Part shown: piece after piece, positions 36,154 to 46,603 of the stretch
Layout of the letters: each line of letters starts with the position of its first letter
Position numbering within the stretch: position 1 is the first letter of the stretch
Assembly (NCBI GenBank): GCA_002269645.1
Contig: NIVC01003425.1
Span: forward strand, 91,208 to 155,207
From: Macrostomum lignano
Taxonomy: Eukaryota
Direction of reading: 5' to 3'
DNA length: 64,000 nt
The notes under the pieces: generated by a model
What the model was told of the DNA's origin: nothing
Seen by the model: only the letters and a program-made list of their open reading frames with translations
The model's database searches: none
Made by a program: the position numbers and the translations under genes

Positions 36154-38454
36154 ATGTCTAGTAAATCAGAATCTGAGCACTCTCTTTCTACTAATTACTC
36201 AGCCTACTCTTGTCAGGCGATTTCTTCTCCCTCAAATAGTTTTTCTACAAGTAATAGGAGTTCAATTTCAAGCGAAGCCGGTGTAACGCACTCGCACAGC
36301 TGTCCTGACGCTGTGGAAACTTTTATTGGTGAAAACAATGCTGTGCCTGTGCTTGAGGAGAGTTCAGATAGCTTAGCGAATTTGGCTTCCATCTCAGATC
36401 CCAGTGTGCAGGCGGCTCTGATTTTTCAGTGGGCAATTACTTCCGGAGTTTCAGAGGCTGCTCTTGATAGACTCCTGAAGCTACTTTCTATTTTTAGTAG
36501 AGATTCTCTAGCTCTTCCAAATAGCGTCAAGTTGCTCAAATCATTGATTCAAGATACTTGCCCTCTTGATGATAGTGACGTGTCTGAATTTGGCTTTTGC
36601 CCAGAATGCAAAAGCCAGTGTCAGGTTCATTCCCCAAAGTCAAAGGTTGCTGTGACACAGCTCAATATTGTTCCACAGCTGCGGACTATCTTAAGCAGCC
36701 ACACTTCAACTATTCTGCAGTATGAGCAAGAATTGCAAAAGGATAAAAACACAGACGTTTTGAATTCCAAAATAGTTAAAGAACAAGGCTTAAGCCTATC
36801 TTCTGGCAAGTCGCTTCACTTGCATCTTCTAATCTCAGCTGATGGCGCCAATTTTTTTGAATCTGTTCAGAGTAGCTTTTGGCCATTTCAGGCTCAACTT
36901 CTAAACCTTCCTGTTTACATCCGTCAACGCTTTGCAAATTTAATTCTAATTGCTCTTGTTTCATCGAAGGCAGTCCCGCATTTCCAGTCTTTTCTGTCTG
37001 AAATTATGAACAATTTGCCAAAACAGTTTATATTCTCGGAATACACCGTTCATGTCCATTACACACTCTTTGTTTGTGACTTGCCCGCTCTTGCTAAGCT
37101 CTTCTGCATTCACCAGTACAATGGTGCGTTTAGCTGTCCTAGGTGCTTGCACCCAGGTGAGAGCTTTAAAGTATCCGAGAAAGGTAAAAACTGGATCTTC
37201 CGCTATGGTGAAGGCTACTTGTTTCCTTTGAGAAACCCATCTTCCCATCTTGAACACTGTCGGCTCGCACAAATTCGAAATCGGCCTGTTTTTGGCGTAA
37301 AGATGCGCAGTTGCTTGTTAGACTATGTTCCGTTTCCCAGCTGCAATCCTATTGACAGTTTACACTGCTTTTTCGAAGGCCACACCAAGTATCTACTAGA
37401 AGAGCTGTCATTACCTGCAAACAGGCGCGAGTTGTATTTTTGCTCAGCTAATTGCATGGATTTCATATCTAATTGTATTCGTCAATCTATAACTCCTTCT
37501 AGCATCACAATCAACACAAATTTTAAAGGCTTTTCAGATTGGAAAGCAAAGCATTTTAAAAACTTTGCGCTATACTTTCTTCTTCCTACGTTTTTGCAGA
37601 GAATTTCGCATTTTCCATTGAAACTGCTGTTAACTAATTTAGTTCTTATTTATCACATGTTGTATAGCCCCCAATCAAATAAGACTGATATCGAAAAGCT
37701 ATGCAAAGCTTTTATCTCCAATGCTCAGCAAATATTCGGACCGAAAGTACTCCGCCTTAATTTCCACCTGCTTTTGCATATGGCTGAACAGTACGAATTG
37801 TACGGACCTGTATTTAATTATTCTATGTTCGCATTTGAGAGCTCCATTGGCATGTTCAAAAAGTTCTTATGCGGAACTGTGTCATTTGGCCCACAGCTTG
37901 TTCGCAAGTTTTTGTTTCAAAAGTTGCTACATCACTACTTTTCTTGTGTTAAGGACTCTATTGTAGTGGATGCAGTTAACTCTATATCTTTAGAGCCATC
38001 CAGGCCACATGGTATTCTTCGAAACTCACTTGCTTATTTTAATGGACATTTTTTCTCGACAAGCTCAGCTTGTGCGTCGAAAAATTCTAACCATCTTTGC
38101 CAATTGAAGTCCGGCGAAATCTGCACTATTGCAGAGTTCCTCGAGCCTAATACTATTCGAGTGCAAATTTTGGATCCCATTGGTTCGCTGTTTGATTTTG
38201 TTTTACGAGTACCAGCAGCAACTTTCCCCATCGATTTACTTAATTGGAAAGCATTGCTGGAATCCATGTTCAAAAAGTCTTCGACATTCAATTTTGTATT
38301 GATATCCCTGTCTAATGCGCCCAGATCGGCCAGACGCGAACGTATAGTTAATTTTTCAGAGGTCGATCGACCCTGCATCGCTGTTCCAGTAGAATCGTTC
38401 AGCAAAGACTGTTATTGCGCTGTGCCATTGTTCAAAGAGTTTGAACATGATTAA
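36154..38454 (+). CDS. CMC/EnSpm-type (Transposase_21-like) transposase, 766 aa, uninterrupted
   Basis: ISADGANFFESVQSSFWPFQAQLLNLPVYIR, CDLPALAK..QYNGAFSCPRC and DSLHCFFEGH motifs; single open ORF inside the TIRs. Confidence 0.85.
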   Translation: MSSKSESEHSLSTNYSAYSCQAISSPSNSFSTSNRSSISSEAGVTHSHSCPDAVETFIGENNAVPVLEESSDSLANLASISDPSVQAALIFQWAITSGVSEAALDRLLKLLSIFSRDSLALPNSVKLLKSLIQDTCPLDDSDVSEFGFCPECKSQCQVHSPKSKVAVTQLNIVPQLRTILSSHTSTILQYEQELQKDKNTDVLNSKIVKEQGLSLSSGKSLHLHLLISADGANFFESVQSSFWPFQAQLLNLPVYIRQRFANLILIALVSSKAVPHFQSFLSEIMNNLPKQFIFSEYTVHVHYTLFVCDLPALAKLFCIHQYNGAFSCPRCLHPGESFKVSEKGKNWIFRYGEGYLFPLRNPSSHLEHCRLAQIRNRPVFGVKMRSCLLDYVPFPSCNPIDSLHCFFEGHTKYLLEELSLPANRRELYFCSANCMDFISNCIRQSITPSSITINTNFKGFSDWKAKHFKNFALYFLLPTFLQRISHFPLKLLLTNLVLIYHMLYSPQSNKTDIEKLCKAFISNAQQIFGPKVLRLNFHLLLHMAEQYELYGPVFNYSMFAFESSIGMFKKFLCGTVSFGPQLVRKFLFQKLLHHYFSCVKDSIVVDAVNSISLEPSRPHGILRNSLAYFNGHFFSTSSACASKNSNHLCQLKSGEICTIAEFLEPNTIRVQILDPIGSLFDFVLRVPAATFPIDLLNWKALLESMFKKSSTFNFVLISLSNAPRSARRERIVNFSEVDRPCIAVPVESFSKDCYCAVPLFKEFEHD

Positions 38455-38789
38455 AAAGGTACGAGTATGTGTCCGTACCTTAGATCCGATTATTTTATTA
38501 TTAATGCTGCAAAGTCTGGCAGAAAATAAAATTATGCTCCATGACCAAGATAAAACCATCAGGGAATCAGAATAACTTTCCAGATGCCCAACTTCCTCCC
38601 TCTCAGACTCCCACCGTTACCTCTCTTTGTCCGATCTCTCCATATTCAAAATCTCCAAGTTTCTGTGCGCAAATAATTGACTAATGCAGCATTAACTTCG
38701 TTTCGTAAAGGATTAGTCGGCCCTTGCCCTTAATGCGTACCGAATTCGGCTAATTCTATTTATTGACTGTTCAGTAAAATTTACTGTTT

Positions 38790-39550
38790 TATTTTTTCTT
38801 ACAGTACCTTGAAATGCGTCAAATTCTGTCTATTCTGTATCTTAAAGCTCTCTGAGCTGTTTTATTTTTTCTTACAGTACCTTGAAATGCGTCAAATTCT
38901 GTCTATTCTGTATCTTAAAGCTCTCTGAGCTGTTTTATTTTTCTTACAGTACCTTGAAATGCGTCAAATTCTGTCTATTCTGTATTTTAAAGCTCTCTGA
39001 GCTGTTTTATTTTTTCTTACAGTACCTTGAAATGCGTCAAATTCTGTCTATTCTGTATCTTAAAGCTCTCTGAGCTGTTTTATTTTTTCTTACAGTACCT
39101 TGAAATGCGTCAAATTCTGTCTATTCTGTATTTTAAAGCTCTCTGAGCTGTTTTATTTTTTCTTACAGTACCTTGAAATGCGTCAAATTCTGTCTATTCT
39201 GTATTTTAAAGCTCTCTGAGCTGTCTTATTTTTTCTTACAGTACCTTGAAATGCGTCAAATTCTGTCTATTCTGTATCTTAAAGCTCTCTGAGCTGTTTT
39301 ATTTTTTCTTACAGTACCTTGAAATGCGTCAAATTCTGTCTATTCTGTATTTTAAAGCTCTCTGAGCTGTTTTATTTTTTCTTACAGTACCTTGAAATGC
39401 GTCAAATTCTGTCTATTCTGTATTTTAAAGCTCTCTGAGCTGTCTTATTTTTTCTTACAGTACCTTGAAATGCGTCAAATTCTGTCCATTCTGTATTTTA
39501 AAGCTCTCTGAGACTGAGCTGTCTTATTTTTTCTTACAGTACTTTGAAAT
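38790..39550. repeat. ~72-73-bp tandem repeat (about 10 copies) in the 3' part of the CMC element
   Basis: Unit ttacagtaccttgaaatgcgtcaaattctgtctattctgtat(c/t)ttaaagctctctgagctgttttattttttc. Confidence 0.93.
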
Positions 39551-42500
39551 GAATTATGCCTAATTATCATTAATAATATAAGTCTCGAAATGGTCATCAT
39601 ACGAGTTTTCAATTACTTCTACATTTAATTGCATAAGTATTTGTTCTGATACTTTTTTGTTTTGAAAGTGATTTATAAGGGAATGGAAACATATTTCTCA
39701 GCAGCACTAAAGATGCTGCCGAATTTGTTTAGAAAATTTCAGCTTTAAAATGAACCTACGCAAACATTGCGTTCTACTAACAGTAGTGTAGTAAGGAAAA
39801 TTATATTTAAAATCATACATCAATGTACATGGATGGAAAGTAACCATGGATGAAGTTTACGTGGAACCATGTATGATCAGGTATGGCTCCATACTTGTTC
39901 AGGTATGATCCATACATGGCATCATGGATGCTTCATCCATGATTTATCCATGCAAGGAGAGTAGGGCGGCCGCGCCTGCTGCTTTCGGCGCCCACCTGAT
40001 TTTGCTGGCAGTTTACCATCTAAGCTCCAAAAGGTTACTATTTTTCTCTCACAGTATTTTTGTAAAGTAACATTTCTTTCCTGTTGTAATAATGATAATG
40101 GTCAGCATTGTAGTCCAAGTCACTACGTACTGATAAATTTCATTGCAGCATAAGCTGCTTTGCATGTCCACAAGCTGTGCATGCAGTGCAGTTCCGTCGC
40201 TGGCTCCGGGACCTATACCTCTGCAGTCTGAATCGGTGGAGACTTGACGAGAGAGATCGATTTTAGTAATAATAAATGCCGCCAAAACATGCTGTAAGGT
40301 TTAACTGGAAAATCTGGAACGAGTTTGTTTGACATTGTTTTTTTCTTGTCTCTTTGACCCTTTTCAGTGAGTAAAATATCTGCACTTCAAAATGCATTCG
40401 TAAATTCAAAATCACTTGTGTCTTTAAGTGTTTACAACTGTGTAAAATTACTTTTCTGATAATAAATAAATTAACCGATATAAACACATTTTTTTAAATT
40501 GATTTTAACATTTTTTAAATTGATTTTAACATTTTTTATTGATAAATTTGATTACGATATTTATTAAAACCAGAGCAAGCTATCGTATTAATCTTTGTGA
40601 AATTTTCATCTTAGAAAAAATATTGAATTATATATGATTTCGAGATTCGCACGAATATTATATGAAGGTGCTACAATCTGTAATAGATGGTCGCCTTTTG
40701 CAGTTGGTCACCAGTACGGGAAATTCTGACGTCGCCTGGGTCATAATGGCGACGTCGCCGCGCGTGACAAAATGGCTGGTTTGGCGACGTTATTTTGCGA
40801 CGTGTTACGACGTCGAGGCGACGGCATTGCTTGTCTGAATTGGAAATATATAACTCAGTAACTTTGAGAATCGCCATCACAGAAGATTCCGTCTGTGGTC
40901 GCCACTTTTGAGAGTGGCAGGTAAAGTCTCTCAATCTTGCCAGCGATGCAACTAATTACACGTACATTGTGTAATAGCTATGCAACGTGGCAGACTTTAC
41001 TTGGTAAAATTATTTTCGGTAAATTAGAGAATCAAAGCGTCGCAAAATATTAAAAATTGGTGTCTTGAAGAGTATAGGTTTTTTGGTGAAATAAAAATCG
41101 TTTAAAATTCAATTTAGTGTGAAACTGGTGGAAAAATAAGAACAGTTGGTAGGAAAGAGTTATTATTTTTTGAGATAACGACAGTCGTAAAACTTCGTGA
41201 TGTCTTTGGTTGTTCCCTTATAAGTTTGAATGCGATCCGCGCCGCGCCGAACGCCAATTATTCTTTCTCTGGCCTGAGAGAGTGTTAGGAGAATTCGAGA
41301 TCTAATTTCATCATTAAGTGTTCATTTCTTTCTATTTCTTCCCCAACAGACAGCAGGCATGTAAGTAGCCATATTTATTATTTTTAAGGTAAAATAGCTT
41401 TCCAGCTGTTTGATCTTTGACTTTGGTAATGTAAGGTTAAATAGCTTTCCAGCTGTTTAATCTTTAGTAATGTAATGTCAGATTTATTGTAAATAATAGA
41501 AATAGGCCTAAGTTTTCTATTACTATTAGGGTAGGCTTACAGACTCCAGTGAGATTTCAAAAGTTTGGAAATGGAATGTATTATATTAAGACATGCATCT
41601 GATAGATAGATGACAATAATCTAAATATACTAAATCTCTGAGGTTTGTATGCTTGTAGGGCCGGGCTTCTTGAAGTTTATGTTGATAAAATAGTTGCAAT
41701 TTTGATAGGATCATAATTCCATCTCTAAAAGGGTTTTTGATGGTGCTGATTTCAAATTTGAGCTCTGTTTTTTGATAGCTTTAACCCAATTGGGCATTTC
41801 CGCCAAATAGGGACACAAATTGTGTCCAAGTGAGCAAAGAAAAAGAAAAATGTTGAAAGCAGGAAATCTAACTAGAATTTGTTATTAAATATATTTTTTT
41901 ATCTTGTAGAAGCACAAGAAATTTTCTTGTAACAATAAAAGTTGCCAATAAAAGTTATACTGATCTAAGATAGGGACTCCAGTGAGATTTTGAAAGTTTG
42001 GAAATTTGATATTTTTCTTGTCCTATCTGATAGATCTTGGGTGTATGAGCATTTTGACACCTTAGTTTTGAAAATCGGTCCAATAATAAAAAAGTTATGA
42101 CAATTTTTGTCACCAATTTTTTTCAAGTGTGCGTAATGTATTTTTCCCATAAGGCTCTGTGATCATTTTTGCCCGAAAAAGCAGGTTTTTTTAATAAAAA
42201 GTTTTGTTACTTTTCTCTTAATGGTTCAAATTTAATGCATGATATGTCATTTTTTTGCATTTTTTGTCTATTGTTTGAAAAGAATAGTGACATTACTGTA
42301 TGCATAGTGAAAAAAATAAAATTTACTAGTGAGTTAGGTTTTTCCTGCATTTTTTTAGATGTACGTGCAATATATGACTATTTAAGGCTATGTCAAATTT
42401 CTCTAACTTGTCCAAAATAGGTGAATGATATGTCATTTTTTTGCATTTTTTTCTATTTATTAGATGGTATGATAACATAGTATTATTATTCAATGGATAA

Positions 42501-42752
42501 GGATTAGGGGGTCAAGAAAAACACTAGTTACTGTTTTTTTACTTACTGTTTTAACTTTTTGTCAACTAAAAAAAGTAAAAGAGTAAAATACTAAAAGTTA
42601 AGACTAGATTGTCATTGTCATTCAGAGAGGGACCCACATTATAAAAATGCAACATGACCTAAATGATAGACGCTCACTTGTAGTCGATTTTCTGTACGTT
42701 ATGACTTATTTAACTTCTACTCACATTTCCGTTTTGTACAAACAATCCACAG

Positions 42753-43342
42753 AGACCACCTTACCCGCCGGAAAGGCTGTGCTGCTGCAGTTTTCCGTGC
42801 AGGGTGTGAAGCGGACAGTGGCCCAGCTTCAAGAACAGCTTCTGGAGGTCATTGACATCGTGGCCAAAGCTGACGAGGAAGCGGCTGGTATGCTGCCCAT
42901 GCCAGCTGCAATGGGATGCCATGTCCGTCCAGCTGCAGAGTGTAGTGCTGCTGTGGAGAAGCTCATCGCCAAGAAGTTGCAACCGGCTGCTCCTGCCTCA
43001 CGCCCTGTATCCGTGTCGCGACGTAAGCGGGGGCCACAGCGCCGGGAAGCCGGAAGCCAGGACCAGGAGGCAGCTGGCCCATCAAACAACCCTGCACCCC
43101 GGAGTCTGGCAAATCTGCCGGATATCGTTGGCAAACGCATCGAGCTACTTTATGAGTACACCGACGGCGAGCAGTGGGAGGAGGGCGTGGTGCAACGGGA
43201 GCTCCCATCCAGCACACACCGCCAGGACATCCTCGATCGCAAATTCGAGGTGGCATTTGATAACTACCCAGGGGAACTCCATGCCGTCGACTTGTACAAG
43301 GACTACCTTGGGTCAACATTGAATGTACTCTCAGAGTATTAA
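42753..43342 (+). pseudogene. Orphan terminal transposase exon with Spindlin(Spin/Ssty)-type Tudor domain
   Basis: Acceptor cacag|ag at 42752/42753, same phase as the last exon of element 2. Open to TAA. Homologous to 47300-46604 (LLQFSVQGVKRTVAQL vs LLNFSARGVRFSLAQL; VGKRIELLYEY..W.EGVV..DLYKDY). Confidence 0.7.
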
Positions 43343-43380
43343 GGAAGTTTTGGTTGCTGTGCTGGATTGGATTGAAGCAT

Positions 43381-43757
43381 TTTTTTTTTTTTTTTTTTTT
43401 TTTAGAGGCAGGGGGTTGTGTGCACCCTGGCGCAATTTAAGCGTCATTGGCACACAACCGGCGAGAGGCATTACTGCCCATTCCGCCGACTCCCCTGAGC
43501 AGGCATACAAGCGCGCGGATACGTTACGCAGGCACACACTCACACAGGAGTGTACAGCGGCCCTAACTTTTATCAATTTTTAGGCATGTACACTTCACTG
43601 CGCCTTGGGGGGGGGGTTGGCTCTCAAGGCCGTTAATTGCACAAGCGAGCCAAGCCAAGATTCCAATCCAGCCCCAAATTAATGTGGCTGCACTTGGAAT
43701 CGAGCCTGGGTCGCGGCACACCAGAGCAGCTGCGCTACCGCTGGGCTACGGCCCCCC
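43381..43757 (-). mobile_element. tRNA-derived SINE, copy B, poly(A) tail
   Basis: Same body as 7771-8154; 23-nt T run at 43381-43403; 14-bp TSD ttggattgaagcat (43367-43380 / 43758-43771). Confidence 0.9.
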
Positions 43758-46603
43758 TTGGATTGAAGCATGGCTATCTTTTATATACTAAAACTCTAAG
43801 TGTTTGTATGAATGTATGTAAATGGGGTATGCGCCACGCTTATATACTAATTTTACTCTCTGTAGTCTGTAGGACATTTCTGCAGCTCACTGTTGTGCAT
43901 TTGATGAATTTATAGTTTCTCTGCCTGACGGTATATGCTAATATGCATATATATATGCGACCCTGGGCAATATGCTGGGCACTCTCCAAGTCCTTCAAAG
44001 GAAGATCACGACGTAAAACCGTTTCATTTTTATTTCATATGCAATATATATTGAGTTATTTACAATCGCAATTCAGTAAAAAAAGCAATAACAGATCTAT
44101 TTTGCCCGGTCCAGTGAGTCCTGCCACTGAAAAAAAATAATTTTGCGCAATCAGTGCAGAAGTCACTGCTTAAAATAGATTGATGCATGAGTATATTTGA
44201 ACATTTACATTCCGTCAGTTGTACACCAATTGCCAGGCAAGTCATGGATAGGACTTTAGAATAGATATGTAACAGTTCCAGTGGTAGAGCACTGAATAGC
44301 TCTAAAATGATGTTTTACAAAGGCCACAATTGTAAGGACTCAAAAGGTGATGTCTTACGAAGGCACATTTGGCGTCACTGAAGTGGCTGAAATTTCAAGG
44401 GGGGGGGGTTACTTTAAATGTGCGGCGCGCTCTTGCGCCAAAGTGAAATGTTGTTAAACTTTTCCATTGTCTTCCTTATGAAATTCTGCGTCTTTCTAGC
44501 CCCTGGCAGTACGTGGCACTCTGAAATTAGGCTTAGAGAGTAGATCCAAACATTTTCTTACCCTCGTGCAATTGCCACGAAAAGCAAACATGCGAAATAT
44601 TTCGAAAAAGCCACAATTTAGTCTTCCATCATTCTCATTTTGTATTAAAGTCGTTAGTATTACGACCCATTTCGTAGAAATTTGAATTTTACTTGACACC
44701 CGTATTTTTTAGAAACGGCTTCACTTTTCCTAAAAGTGCAAAATATAGTCATTATTCAACCGTCCACAACTTGGCTTGTAAGCTATGTATCTGTGAACGA
44801 GTGGTTTCATTTTGAAGCTGTGATGTTTATCTTTCTAGGGTATATTAAGTTTTTTCCAACTATTTCATTTTCTATTACTTTTGTGGCTGCAAAGTTAGGC
44901 ACTTTTTAGCATTTTTTACGTCTCGTGACATTCGCGCAACCCTCACTAAAGTCCCTATCTAAGAAGACGATTAATACCGTAGGAGAATAAAATTTTATAT
45001 TGAGGCATAATTGCTAGCTTATAATTAACTTTCTTTCAGTCAATATGACAATAATTTTTTAATTATTTCTAATTGCTTTTTTATTGACTTTTTAATTCAG
45101 ATTTTGTTATTTTTAGACTGTCCAGTGAGATTACCGTAAGTTGAAAAAAACACAAATTTTAGCAAAAAATGATATTTTTTGTTGGCGTACCAGAAAAAAA
45201 GTATTGCACATAAAGAAAAACCAAAGTATACCCTAAAAAGTAAAGAACACTGTTGTTATTTAAAAAAAAAATGGAGACAAAACAATGCACTACAATTAAT
45301 GCGGTGACCAGTCAAAGTGGATACATTTTACGGTAACGAATCGCATTGGCTCCATTTTGAAATGAAAATCACATTTCAAAAAAAGTTTTTTTTCCACAAA
45401 AGGGTACATTTTAACAAAGTTTCGCTACTAATATGCAATGTTCACATTTAAGACAAACCAGTAACTGTATTTTTGAAAGAAAAAAAGTTTTTTTATGGAC
45501 TATATAAAGCGATAAAAAATTTTGTTGCCCAAAAAAAGTATTTAGTCGATCTCCGACGCACTAATTCAGTTTAATGTATGAAAGTGGCACTTCATACCAG
45601 CCGTTCGCAAAGAACTGCTTGTGCATCGGTGTTGTCCGAAAAAAGTTATTGAACTTTATATTTTTTATACTTCTACATGTATTTTGCCATTTAAAATAGA
45701 AAAAGGCTTGTCATTTTTTTTTAAACAGACCGACGCAGTTGTATTTGCACATTCTTCGCCCCTATTGAAATGTAAAATAGATGAAACGTATGCAGCCCAC
45801 TCATTGTGTGTCCGTTTTGAGAAACTTTTCTTTTTGTTTTTCCTGCATTCATGTGCATGCAAACTACTTTGTACTACTTACATAGAAAATATGAAAAAAA
45901 CGAATTTTTCATTACTTTTTAGTTCTTTATTGCAAAAAATAGAAAGGAGAAGTGAAACTTAATGCAGTCATGATTTATTTCAGCCTTGGGGGTCACTGTG
46001 GAGGCTTCCATTGGAAAGCTGCTGAATTTCTGACCCCCAGTAATCAGTATATAGCTATCCCAACAAGTGATCCCTGGCAGTCGCCTGGTCAGCGACTCTA
46101 ACTCCCATCCTACTGCTAAATTGGCCAACATTTTACGTAGGCAATTTAATTAAGTCAATCTGTATTGAGAAGCATTTTAATTCTGAGCTACTACTACTAC
46201 TAGTACTATTTATATATTTTTAACAAATAACCATTTTATTAACTACATATTATTCAGAGTTACTGAAGTTTTAACTTTAAAAAGTTGAATTTGTCCTTGA
46301 GATTCCTTGCAAGTGAGTGACTTTTTTGCAAGGTCATTTTTTACCACTAATTAAATACCTTTTCTTTAATACTACAAGTTCACTTCTTAAACAATGTCGA
46401 CGTTTAAGGTGTATTTACATTTGTGGTCCTTCTTACACTTTAATTTTAAAAGCATTCATAAAATAAAAATAAACGTACTATGCAATTAGAAAGTAAAAGG
46501 TATATTGTTTTTCTTTAAGCCATTTGCCCATTTGTCATTCATTTTTTACACTTAGTATTCAATGAGGCAATGACTCCCGTTTAATTTAATTAACATTTGC
46601 TTT

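Larger units (their letters stand above)
24199..39966 (+). mobile_element. CMC/EnSpm(CACTA)-type DNA transposon (~6.95 kb without the nested insert)
   Basis: TIRs CCCTACTCTC.T..CATGGATAAATCAT at both ends; 2-bp TSD CG (24197-24198 / 39967-39968); clustered subterminal catggat/atccatg repeats; transposase plus a second gene on the same strand. Confidence 0.85.
41971..44957 (+). mobile_element. Internally deleted hAT-like element with 7-bp TSD (element 1)
   Basis: Ends TAGGGACTCCAGTGAG / CTCACTAAAGTCCCTA; exact 7-bp TSD TCTAAGA (41964-41970 / 44958-44964). Keeps only the last transposase exon. Confidence 0.8.

Noticed and set aside
41527-41600. Third hAT-like terminus (tacagactccagtgagatttcaaaagtttgg)
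   Set aside because: Resembles the element 1 end, but no partner end or TSD was found.
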